A stretch of 50,525 nucleotides of DNA, from the NCBI GenBank assembly GCA_965370365.1, contig CBDUSP010000003.1, forward strand, positions 1-50,525, given 5' to 3'. The notes under the pieces are model-generated. The model saw only the letters and a program-made list of their open reading frames with translations. It was not told where the DNA came from and made no database searches. The stretch is from an uncultured bacterium (lineage in GTDB: Bacteria > Chlamydiota > Chlamydiia > Chlamydiales > SM23-39). Within the stretch, counting starts at the first letter, position 1. Each line of letters starts with the position of its first letter. Of the stretch, positions 1 through 8,446 are shown in pieces. A program made the position numbers and the translations under genes.

Positions 1-30
1 GATCGGAATAAACTAGGGTTAGTTATTGTA

Positions 31-97
31 GATCGAAAATTAACTTTTTCGGTGAGTTTTGGTCGAATAGCTGGCGAATGAATTGATCAGTGGTTCC
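31..97. mobile_element. Partial palindromic MITE-like element (family A terminal repeat)
   Basis: Ends in AATTGATCAGTGGTTCC, the same terminal repeat as 5641-5802 and 26577-26737. The interior is nearly identical to 25386-25453. The left part probably lies outside the window. Confidence 0.65.
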
Positions 98-109
98 TAA
101 GGAAGGCAA

Positions 110-1501
110 ATGAAGAAAAAGAAGAAGCTTGGAATTTTTACACTCGCAATGATTAACGTCGCGGCGGTTCTTTCTTTACGAAATTTTCCGGCTCTTGCGG
201 AATATGGGTTTAGCCTCATTTTTTATCTGACTCTGTCGGCTCTTTTCTTTTTTATTCCATCGGCACTTGTTTCTGCAGAGCTTGCTGCTGCATGGCCAAG
301 AAAAGGGGGAGTTTTTCTTTGGGTAAAAGAGGCGTTTGGACCTCGATGGGGGTTTGTTGCAATTTTTATGCAGTGGGTTGAGAACTTGCCGTGGTATCCG
401 GCTGTCTTTGCATTTGCTGCCTCTGCAATTGCTTACGTTTTTAATCCCGAGCTTGCAAATAACAAATTCTTTGTCATAACAGTTATCTGGATCGCGATTT
501 GGGCGGCAACGTTTGCAAACTTTCGCAGCATGCGGTTTTCTGCATTTTTAAGCTCATCGGGTGCAATTTGTGGAACGATTTTGCCGGGCCTTTTGATCAT
601 TGTCCTTGGCGCTATTCACGTAGCATCTGGAATGTCCTCTCCCATTACCTTTTCTTTGCAAAGTCTCATTCCAAATATGGGTAACCTAAATCAGTTGATG
701 CTGCTTGCGGGGATGTTGATGGCGGTTGCTGGGATGGAGATGTCTGCTGTTCACGTGACAGAAATTGAGAATCCAAAAAAGAATTTTCCAAGAGCAATTT
801 TTGCATCGAGTGCGCTGATCATTTTTTTAAGTGTTCTTGGGGCTCTATCTATTGCGGTTGTTGTCCCTTCACAAGAACTCAGTCTAAGCGCGGGAGTTCC
901 TCAAGCATTCCATGCTCTTTTTGTGGCGCATGGAATAGACTTTCTAACAGCGCCTGTTGCTATTCTTCTGACTTACGGAGCGTTTGCAATGGCAGTTACT
1001 TGGATGGTGGGACCTTCAAAAGGGGTTTTGGAAGTTGCAAAAGAAGGATATCTTCCGGCCTATATAAGAAAAGAAAATAAGCACGGAATGCCGATAGGAG
1101 CTCTTGTCGTTCAGGGAATTGTTGCAAGCGTGCTTTCTTTGTCCGTTCTTTTTATGCCAACGGTAAGTAGTGCATTTTGGATTATGAGCGCACTTGCTGC
1201 GCAGCTCTATCTTGTCATGTACCTATTTATGTTTGCGGCAGCAATTAAACTTCGCTACTCAAAGGCTGATGTAAAGCGGCCTTACAAGATCCCTGGTGGA
1301 AAAATTGGCATATGGATTGTTGCGGGATCAGCCTTTTTAGCATCGCTCTTTGTGATTGGTTTTGGCTTTATTCCAGCTGAAGCTGTGCGTGAAAAAGGGC
1401 CGCTTGCAATGGCCTTATACTCTGGGTTTCTCTTGATCGGTGTCTGTATCTTTGTCTCTATTCCCATTCTTCTCCACTCTCGAGGAGAGAAGAAGCGGTG
1501 A
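110..1501 (+). CDS. APC-family amino acid/amine antiporter (GadC/XasA-like), putative histidine/histamine antiporter
   Basis: 463 aa, about 12 hydrophobic segments; GadC-like motifs LGIFTLAMINVAAVLSLRNFP, GGVFLWV..AFG and RPYKIPGG. Substrate is inferred from the operon. Confidence 0.85.
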   Translation: MKKKKKLGIFTLAMINVAAVLSLRNFPALAEYGFSLIFYLTLSALFFFIPSALVSAELAAAWPRKGGVFLWVKEAFGPRWGFVAIFMQWVENLPWYPAVFAFAASAIAYVFNPELANNKFFVITVIWIAIWAATFANFRSMRFSAFLSSSGAICGTILPGLLIIVLGAIHVASGMSSPITFSLQSLIPNMGNLNQLMLLAGMLMAVAGMEMSAVHVTEIENPKKNFPRAIFASSALIIFLSVLGALSIAVVVPSQELSLSAGVPQAFHALFVAHGIDFLTAPVAILLTYGAFAMAVTWMVGPSKGVLEVAKEGYLPAYIRKENKHGMPIGALVVQGIVASVLSLSVLFMPTVSSAFWIMSALAAQLYLVMYLFMFAAAIKLRYSKADVKRPYKIPGGKIGIWIVAGSAFLASLFVIGFGFIPAEAVREKGPLAMALYSGFLLIGVCIFVSIPILLHSRGEKKR

Positions 1502-2736
1502 GATTCCTTTTTGCCTTTGCTCTTGTTGGGAATTTGTTTGCACAAGGTATGACGGGGACTTGGGATGGGGCGCGTAAAAGCCTTGAGAAAGAGGGTGTGA
1601 CAATCACCTCTGCCTATGTCACAGATATAGGGCGCAACGTGACTGGTGGTTTGCGAAAGCGCACCATCTATTCTGGGATGTTAGAAGCTGCAGTGTCGCT
1701 TGATTTTGAAAAACTTGTCTCAGCTCAAGGACTCTCTCTTGTCGTCTCCAATTACTTGATGTCAGGACAAAATCTTTCCAACTCCGTTGGAAGTTTTTTT
1801 ACCATCCAAGAGATTTTTACTCCGGGAAACTATTTTTTCGGGGAGTTCAAACTCGCCTGGTCCAATCCTCAAGAAACATTCACCTTTGAAGCGGGGCGTT
1901 TATTTGCGGGCGATGTTTTTGCAACAAACGAGCTTTGGCAGTACTACATAACAAGTGGCGTGAATGCAAATCTAGAATCTATAGAAGCCAATATCTTTTT
2001 TCCGAGCTTTAATATCACGGCGTGGGCAGCAAGAGTTTCCTATCAACCTAATGAAAACTGGCATCTTATCGGCGCGATTTACGATGCTGATCCAAAGGCC
2101 GAAGATCCGAACAAGCATGGACTTTACCTTCCCCTGAAAACCGACAAAGGCTATTTCGCAATTGGTCAAATTATGTTCAAACATCAGGGATCATTTCCTG
2201 GGACAGCAAGTTTTGGAGGATACTACGTATCAAGTAGGTTTGAAGAGCTAAACGACCCAACAAAAAAGCAATCGGGAAACTACGGGCTTTATCTCATCTT
2301 TGATCAGATGATTTTTTCAGAAAAGGGGGAAGTATTTACGCAGGTTACACACGCGCAAAAAGCAAAGCAGCCCTTTAGAAAACAAACAATTGTTCCAAAA
2401 AATCGTCCTCAAGGGCTAACCATTTGGGGAGCTGGGTATATTGCACCGCAAGACAAGATCAATATCCAAAAATATCAATTAGCAGGTGGTTTTCTCTACC
2501 AAGGGCTTTTTCCTTCTCGTCCGCAGGATGTAACTGCTTTTGGCGTGACGGCAGGCAAATTTAGCAATGTTTTAAAGGATCAAGGGACAGAAACTGTGCT
2601 TGAGCTTGATCATAGATTGCAGATGATGTCGTGGTTTTATCTTACGCCAGATATCCAATATATTGTACACCCGAGCGGCAGGACGAGCATTCCAAATGCG
2701 CTTGTGTTAGGGATAGAAGCTGGCATTAATTTTTAG
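1498..2736 (+). CDS. OprB-family (carbohydrate-selective/AaxA-like) outer membrane porin
   Basis: Signal peptide, TGTWDGAR..LEKEG N-terminus, PSRPQD..FG and LTPDIQYI.HP motifs, terminal Phe. GTGA overlap with the upstream gene. Confidence 0.85.
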   Translation: MRFLFAFALVGNLFAQGMTGTWDGARKSLEKEGVTITSAYVTDIGRNVTGGLRKRTIYSGMLEAAVSLDFEKLVSAQGLSLVVSNYLMSGQNLSNSVGSFFTIQEIFTPGNYFFGEFKLAWSNPQETFTFEAGRLFAGDVFATNELWQYYITSGVNANLESIEANIFFPSFNITAWAARVSYQPNENWHLIGAIYDADPKAEDPNKHGLYLPLKTDKGYFAIGQIMFKHQGSFPGTASFGGYYVSSRFEELNDPTKKQSGNYGLYLIFDQMIFSEKGEVFTQVTHAQKAKQPFRKQTIVPKNRPQGLTIWGAGYIAPQDKINIQKYQLAGGFLYQGLFPSRPQDVTAFGVTAGKFSNVLKDQGTETVLELDHRLQMMSWFYLTPDIQYIVHPSGRTSIPNALVLGIEAGINF

Positions 2737-2746
2737 GAGAATTTTT

Positions 2747-3586
2747 ATGAAAAAAGAAGACGTTGTCGATGGAGCAATCGGGCCTTTTACATCGTATTGC
2801 GATGGATACGGAAACCCAGGATCAAGCGGTCTTGGTTATATTTCAGTACTAAAGCTCCAAACGGGAAAAGTCAAAGCGGACATGGACGTCGTTTTAGAAA
2901 ACATTGTCTCTTACGACAGAGCCGAATCGCTTGGCACCTATGTTGGACAAATCAATATGGTTGCGGCGTCTTCTTTTAACGGACTAAACGGGGCTGTTTG
3001 GGGCTATCATTTAGCTAAAGAAGAAACGATTGCAAATGACACCATCAAACCGCTGTTCACAAAAAAGCGAAGCGACGGCGTAGAAATCCCTGTCTACTCA
3101 GTTGAGCCGCTTCTTGATGCAGGTAAGCGGCTTTTTGGAACTGCAGAAGAGAGGCGCTATCCCTTGCTTCCGGGCGCTCATGTAAACTGCGCTGTAAAAG
3201 ATCATACGGTCAAAGGGCCGACTTCTGTTTGGTGTGCAATTGCACTTGCAATGGCAGAAGATCCGACAAAAGACTCAAATCTCTTTATCGAAGATGCGGG
3301 AGATTCCCCTGATATTAGGGAAGGAGAGGAAAGGGCCGTTTACCTAGATGATCTTATGCAGAATATCGCAACGAGCATTATCCGCTGCGGAGATGATGCT
3401 GGAGTAAAGTATAAGAAGATTTTCCTCGGTTACAAAACCGAATGGATCCCAGAAGGATATGTCGGATGTGCCCTAACCTGCGCGCCTTATGTGGTGCTTG
3501 CGAAAGACGCTGTTCCTAAAGGGAAGGCCCCAAGGGATATGCTTTCCATGACGATCTCTGAGTGGGAAAAGTCTCAAGGATATTGA
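2747..3586 (+). CDS. hdcA: Pyruvoyl-dependent histidine decarboxylase proenzyme
   Basis: Lactobacillus/Clostridium HdcA motifs: IVSYDRAE, GQINM..ASSF (Ser75-Ser76 self-cleavage site), KPLFT, W.AIA.A..DPTKDS.FIEDAG (catalytic Glu), APYV, MT..EW. AGGAG RBS upstream. Confidence 0.92.
   Translation: MKKEDVVDGAIGPFTSYCDGYGNPGSSGLGYISVLKLQTGKVKADMDVVLENIVSYDRAESLGTYVGQINMVAASSFNGLNGAVWGYHLAKEETIANDTIKPLFTKKRSDGVEIPVYSVEPLLDAGKRLFGTAEERRYPLLPGAHVNCAVKDHTVKGPTSVWCAIALAMAEDPTKDSNLFIEDAGDSPDIREGEERAVYLDDLMQNIATSIIRCGDDAGVKYKKIFLGYKTEWIPEGYVGCALTCAPYVVLAKDAVPKGKAPRDMLSMTISEWEKSQGY
3455..3571 (+). repeat. hdcA 3' segment, copy A (left flank of cargo block 1)
   Basis: 117 bp matching 8330-8446 at about 85% identity. 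Confidence 0.9.
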
Positions 3587-3632
3587 TGAAATAGATAGAT
3601 TTGGAGAATGTGAGGGAAAAGGAATTTTGGTC

Positions 3633-3887
3633 ATGAGAGCGTTTGCTATTGCGTGTTTGGGAGTTTGTTGTACTGTTTTTGCTGGGGAGACCTGCCCGAG
3701 TAAGTGTACTTTGACCGAGAAGTTGTCTTTCCCGAACTGTGAAAAAGTGAGTGTGACTTCTCCAGCAGGACCAGCTGTAGCGTGTGGAGCGGAACTTGGC
3801 ATCTATGCAGATTTTCTTTACTGGACAGTGCACCAGGGAGTGTTCCTAAAAGAGGATTCGTCGCTTTTTGGGGCTATGAGCCCCTGA
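3633..3887 (+). pseudogene. Truncated Lpg1974/MOMP-like outer membrane protein fragment
   Basis: Signal peptide, Cys-rich segment and the characteristic ADFLYW motif, then an early stop about 20 codons later. Confidence 0.55.
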
Positions 3888-3974
3888 GAGAATGTAGGCA
3901 ATTGTTGTGGTTCTTTATGTGTTCACAGTCAAGGACTTGCGTGGTGTGAAGTTATTTTTTTGTTCAGTACAAAG

Positions 3975-4004
3975 TTGACAACATAAACCCATATCAATTA
4001 AAAT
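3975..4004 (+). promoter_or_regulatory. Candidate sigma66/sigma70 promoter for the 4106 ORF
   Basis: TTGACA-N18-TAAAAT in AT-rich DNA about 100 bp upstream of the ATG. Confidence 0.5.
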
Positions 4005-4105
4005 GTCATTATAAAAACCAGCCTAATTCCAAGTTTTGAGTTAATTTGGGTGTAATGTGTTTTTAGAATATAAATCATAAAAAAAGTAAAACGTGAGGGA
4101 TAAAA

Positions 4106-5446
4106 ATGACTTCTCTGAGCAATATCTACAGTCTCCGGAAGGACCACTCTTCTCCGAGTCCATCAACCGAAGAAAAACGGAGAGGTCTAGAGATAACCTC
4201 GAGAATAAAGAACGCCCTAGAGGCTTCTCTAATAAACATGTCCGGGGACCTCTCCCTCAAATCACCCTCTCTAGCTAGTGCCGGCCCATTAACAAAAATT
4301 ATTTATGAATTGCCAAAGAACAGCCTTAATAATAGGACGTCACAGAGAGAATGGGGGGGGGTATTTGATTTGGTTTATAAACATGGTGATTCCAGTAGTC
4401 TTCTAGCTTTGCATGAATGCTTTTCAACATTGACTCAAGACGCGGAGGGCTGGGTAAAAACAAGCTTTGAAAACTTCGTAATAAGCTTCTCAGCGCGGGG
4501 TTGGCGTGACGTGACGAAGGATCGGCGTGACGTGACGGGGACCAGTGGAGGGGAATGGAGCGAAACAGTTTTCCGGGCGATACCGGAACAGTACGACTTA
4601 GAGAAAGCTATGGATGCTATTCAGGAATCAAAAAAATTATGGGAGCAGATCACAACAAAGACACAAGGCTCTAACGATGAGATCTCAGCCTCAGGAAGCA
4701 TTCCTCTATTGGGAAAGAAATACAACGAGAAAACATCACAGAACAAATGGAATGAGTTCTTTCGGTTAATGATTGAGCGCGGGAATGCCAAAAATCTTCT
4801 AGATTTGCGTGAACACTTTTTAAAATTGATCACCCCCCCACCGCAGACAGCAAAGAGTAAAAAACCTGTGATGCCTTTAAACCAGCAGAAGGAGACATCC
4901 CTGTCAACAGGACTCATCGAAGACTTTCTCGCCCTTACAAGAATGATGAGGAATAAGACTCCCCCTTCAGAGAAGAAGGCTTTGCAGAATTTGAACTCTT
5001 TCCTGGATGAGCTCAAGAGTGCTCAGAAACAGAGCATAGAGGGGGGCCAGACATCCCAGGGACAGTCATCCCGAGATTGTCTAGTGGAGATGAGAAAAAA
5101 ATTCCAAGAAGATAAGAAGGAATGGCAGAAGAAAGGTGGGGCGGAAGCAGCTAACCTTTGCAGAGAGGGGGTAGATGGGATGAAAAAGGAGTGGACCCGT
5201 GTGATACAAAGCACAACATTCGAGTATCATCGCGACCTACTGCCAGGGCTAACGAGTATATTGTCAGACTTGGGGAGTCTGAGTGAAATCGAACTGTTTT
5301 CGAGCTGTTCAGACCAAATAAACCCGATCAGCGAAGACCTTAAAAAACAAATCAGGTGGATGAAAAGGAATTTAAGGACCTTTTCCCATGACGGTGGTAG
5401 CACACTCGGGGCAACAACCTGCGCTAAATCAGAAGCTGGCGACTAG
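4106..5446 (+). CDS. Hypothetical protein, candidate type III-secreted effector
   Basis: 446 aa, no recognised domain; Ser/Pro-rich disordered N-terminus; predicted helical/coiled-coil body; GAGG RBS. Confidence 0.7.
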   Translation: MTSLSNIYSLRKDHSSPSPSTEEKRRGLEITSRIKNALEASLINMSGDLSLKSPSLASAGPLTKIIYELPKNSLNNRTSQREWGGVFDLVYKHGDSSSLLALHECFSTLTQDAEGWVKTSFENFVISFSARGWRDVTKDRRDVTGTSGGEWSETVFRAIPEQYDLEKAMDAIQESKKLWEQITTKTQGSNDEISASGSIPLLGKKYNEKTSQNKWNEFFRLMIERGNAKNLLDLREHFLKLITPPPQTAKSKKPVMPLNQQKETSLSTGLIEDFLALTRMMRNKTPPSEKKALQNLNSFLDELKSAQKQSIEGGQTSQGQSSRDCLVEMRKKFQEDKKEWQKKGGAEAANLCREGVDGMKKEWTRVIQSTTFEYHRDLLPGLTSILSDLGSLSEIELFSSCSDQINPISEDLKKQIRWMKRNLRTFSHDGGSTLGATTCAKSEAGD

Positions 5447-5636
5447 CGAAGAGGCCATCACACCAGGGAAATTGCACGAAGAATCACTTGACCCCCCAAG
5501 GATTTTAAGGAGATATTCGGGGATCCAACCAGCAAGTTTCCTCTTGTTAGCAGGATGCCTGCAAAGTTCGTGTCAACGCAAAGTTAAAAATGTCCTCTTG
5601 CTGGGAGGTGAGCACCGTTCATAATGTTATCTATTC

Positions 5637-5806
5637 TTAAGGAAACACTGATTAATTCATTTATTCGATCTTTCCGTGTTTTTTGACAGCTTTCGCTTTT
5701 TTCGAACTCACTAACTTACAAAAGTTTAGGTTCGTTCGAAAAAATCAAAATCTGTCGAAAAACCATCGAAAATCTCAAATAAAGCAATTGATCAGTGTCT
5801 CCTTAA
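5637..5806. mobile_element. Palindromic MITE-like element, family A (full copy with TTAA flanks)
   Basis: Terminal inverted repeats GGAAACACTGATTAATT ... AATTGATCAGTGTCTCC, flanked by TTAA/TTAA. Long imperfect hairpin, homologous to 26573-26741. Confidence 0.8.
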
Positions 5807-6116
5807 CGGTGAAGTCGGTCACACAGGAGATCTCGTTCTTCAAGGTCTAACAGTTCGGGGAAGGTTCGCCTTTTGGGAAAAAGTCGATCTCTTTTTTTTA
5901 GAAACCCCAAAAGTCTTGGGATTTAGCAGTTATTCAGTATCTCCCTGCTTCAGAAGATCTCTACTGGATATACTGTATCTTGTTGGATGCCAGTATGTTA
6001 AAAATACCCTCAGAGCAAGTCGAGGGCTTCTCAGCCCCTTTCAGAGCCACTAATAGCCAGCGAAAAAGCCAGTCTAATATAAATAACTTTAATTATAGAG
6101 TTAAAATAAATTAATC

Positions 6117-6125
6117 TGTTATAAT
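6117..6125 (+). promoter_or_regulatory. Extended -10 promoter candidate
   Basis: TGTTATAAT 35 bp upstream of the ATG at 6161. Confidence 0.45.
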
Positions 6126-6160
6126 TGGTAATATAAAATTAATTAATAAGGTTTTTAGTT

Positions 6161-7768
6161 ATGGTTTCTATATATGGTGAGGGTACAGAACCGCATCCCA
6201 GGATGCCTGCAAAGTCTTTCTGGGACAGCTCCATCCTCCCGCAGCCCCACCAACACGGTGCAGCAGAATATTGTTGGAAACGAGTAATTCCTAAACCGCA
6301 TCCGTGCTTTTCCTCTTCAGGAGTTACTCGTCGTATTGCATCGTATCTGCAAGGAAAGGCGGTAGTACATTTTGCCCTGTCAACGTTATCGATTCAGAGT
6401 AATGGAGGCTCGTGTGTAGAAAGGCTCGAAGGAAAAAGGGTTATCTGGCCTGGTTTTGTGTCAGAGAGGCTTTATCAAGAGCTCAGAGACTTGGGCTATG
6501 TAGGTCCAATGCCTGCCTCTTTTCATTTACTTGGATCAGGTGCTTGTGAGGAAGAAATAACATTAATAAGGCGCGTTTGTTTTCGGATTATTCTAAGGAT
6601 TCGGCCTGTTCGTGGTATGAATAAGCAAAGGGACTTTCGATGGTTCGGAGACTTTCTCAACGCTGATTCTGGTTCTTACAAAGTAGTGAAGAATTTTCTG
6701 GATATTTGCGCAAATCCCGATGCCCAAAAGAGAGAAGGTGCGTTATATCGCCTTGTTTGGGAAAAAGATATTCCTTTTGATCTGGCGCTTGTAATCGTTC
6801 AAGGGCTGACAAGTGATAGGTTCAAAAGCTATGCCCTTGCTGAGATAGCGGAGCATCTCAAAGGAGTCATTGATGGAGAAAGGCTCGATCAACTGCTCGT
6901 GATGGTTAATGGGCTGACAAGTGATTGGTCCAAAAGCTATGTCCTTGCTGCGATAGCGGAGCATCTCAAAGGAGTCATTAAGGAGGAGAAAAAGCTCGAT
7001 CAACTGCTCGAGATGGTTAAGGGTATGACAGATGATCAATACAAAAGCTCTGCCCTTGCTGCGATAGCGGAGCCTCTCAAAGGAGTCATTAAGGAGGAGA
7101 AAAAGCTCGATCAACTGCTCGTGATGGTTAATGGGATGACATGGGATGGATACAAAAGCTATGTCCTTGCTGCGATAGCGGAGCATCTCAAAGGAGTCAT
7201 TAAGGAGGAGAAAAAGCTCGATCAACTGCTCGAGATGGTTAAGGGAATGACAGATGATAAACACAAAAGCTATGCCCTTAATGCGATAGCGGAGCATCTC
7301 AAAGGAGTCATTGATGGGAAAAGGCTTGATCGCATGCTCGTGATGGTTAATGGGATGACAGATGATTGGTTCAAAAGCTCTGCCCTTAATGCGATAGCGG
7401 AGCATCTCAAAGGAGTCATTGATGGGAAAAGGCTTGATCGCATGCTCGTGATGGTTAATGGGATGACAGATGATTGGTTCAAAAGCTCTGCCCTTGCTGC
7501 GATAGCGGAGCCTCTCAAAGGAGTCATTGATGGAGAAAGGTTCGATCAACTGCTTGTGATGGTTAATGGGATAACAAATGATAGATACAAACGCTATGCC
7601 CTTGATGCGATAGCGAAAGCTTGTCAGGGAATCGTCAGGGAACGAATAATCGATCAAATGATCGAAATCGAGAAGCCGTGGCTCGTCAGTCCAAACAAGG
7701 TCGGTGCCTTTATGACGATTGCGTGGTATTTGCCTCTGTTGAGAATTATGTCCTATAATAGCCAGTGA
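6161..7768 (+). CDS. Alpha-helical tandem-repeat (solenoid) protein, candidate effector
   Basis: 535 aa with about 7.5 near-identical 36-37 aa repeats (KSYALAAIAEHLKGVIDGERLDQLLVMVNGMTDDxx); possible degenerate F-box-like segment near the N-terminus. Confidence 0.85.
   Translation: MVSIYGEGTEPHPRMPAKSFWDSSILPQPHQHGAAEYCWKRVIPKPHPCFSSSGVTRRIASYLQGKAVVHFALSTLSIQSNGGSCVERLEGKRVIWPGFVSERLYQELRDLGYVGPMPASFHLLGSGACEEEITLIRRVCFRIILRIRPVRGMNKQRDFRWFGDFLNADSGSYKVVKNFLDICANPDAQKREGALYRLVWEKDIPFDLALVIVQGLTSDRFKSYALAEIAEHLKGVIDGERLDQLLVMVNGLTSDWSKSYVLAAIAEHLKGVIKEEKKLDQLLEMVKGMTDDQYKSSALAAIAEPLKGVIKEEKKLDQLLVMVNGMTWDGYKSYVLAAIAEHLKGVIKEEKKLDQLLEMVKGMTDDKHKSYALNAIAEHLKGVIDGKRLDRMLVMVNGMTDDWFKSSALNAIAEHLKGVIDGKRLDRMLVMVNGMTDDWFKSSALAAIAEPLKGVIDGERFDQLLVMVNGITNDRYKRYALDAIAKACQGIVRERIIDQMIEIEKPWLVSPNKVGAFMTIAWYLPLLRIMSYNSQ
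6800..7620 (+). repeat. Coding tandem repeat, 108-111 bp unit
   Basis: Recurring GCGATAGCGGAGCATCTCAAAGGAGTCATT and GATGGTTAA(T/G)GG blocks; two adjacent units are almost identical. Confidence 0.9.
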
Positions 7769-8233
7769 GAAAGCCTTCCCTCCTCGACAATATCAATGAT
7801 GGTTCTCAATGGAGTCGTCACGAGATATCCTTGTTGAGATAGTATTTCGTTTTTTGGAAGATCATCATAGCGGAGAACAAGGTTATCGGGGAGCTTTGTC
7901 CATTTGCGAAACCTCTTTGGTACTGTCATATGCATTTTTGCTGGCATGACATCGGAAAGCTCATGAATTTCTAGAGCTGTTTCATGAGACCAAACCCCTT
8001 GCACCTCTCCACTTGAGTTGCGACTCCAGAGACCCCACAGGACTAGATCAGGGCCTTGTGGAGTTGGATAGTGAGCTAATCGATAAATACCACGGAGCTC
8101 TCTGATCCATTCCCCGGAGGCCAAGTAACGATGAAAATTTGTGCGCGAATACCCGCATTTTATTGCTTGCTGAGAGGATAAAGTATCCTTGCTGCTGATC
8201 GGCGATTGAGAAAAGCTCATTCTTTTTGTCCAT
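7769..8233 (-). pseudogene. Type IV toxin-antitoxin AbiEi-family antitoxin, frameshifted and truncated
   Basis: MDKKNELFSIADQQQGYF in one frame continues as SQQAIKCG..GEWIRELRGIYRL..SHETALEIHELSD..VTTPLRTIID in another (shift near 8178). C-terminus cut at about 7770; no AbiEii toxin nearby. Confidence 0.8.
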
Positions 8234-8329
8234 GCATGAATGTTATCATTTTGATAACATTTCCACAATTCATGTTTTAAATTATTGATTGTTAGGTGGT
8301 TGGGTTAATGTCATTTCTAGTGCACAAAA

Positions 8330-8446
8330 GGACATATTGGGTGTGCCTTAACCTGCGCGCCTTACGTCGTGCTTGCAAAAGACGCGGTCCCGAAAGGAAA
8401 GGCCCCAAGAGACATGCTCTCCATGACGATTTCTGATTGGGAAAAG
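8330..8446 (+). pseudogene. Diverged duplicate of the hdcA 3' end (copy B, right flank of cargo block 1)
   Basis: Translates GHIGCALTCAPYVVLAKDAVPKGKAPRDMLSMTISDWEK versus GYVGCALTCAPYVVLAKDAVPKGKAPRDMLSMTISEWEK in hdcA. Confidence 0.9.

Noticed and set aside
110-3586. Calling the operon aaxABC (arginine decarboxylase system)
   Set aside because: The decarboxylase is 279 aa with HdcA motifs, unlike the shorter AaxB; the permease looks GadC-like.
5551-5567. 17 bp match CAGGATGCCTGCAAAGT with 6199-6215
   Set aside because: The match does not extend on either side; a remnant cannot be told from chance.
6800-7620. Possible CRISPR array or DGR template/variable repeat
   Set aside because: Units are in-frame coding repeats with no unique spacers; no cas or reverse transcriptase gene in the window; differences are not adenine-specific.
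6743-7657. 304 aa antisense ORF with repeats
   Set aside because: Shadow of the sense-strand tandem repeat; no independent evidence.
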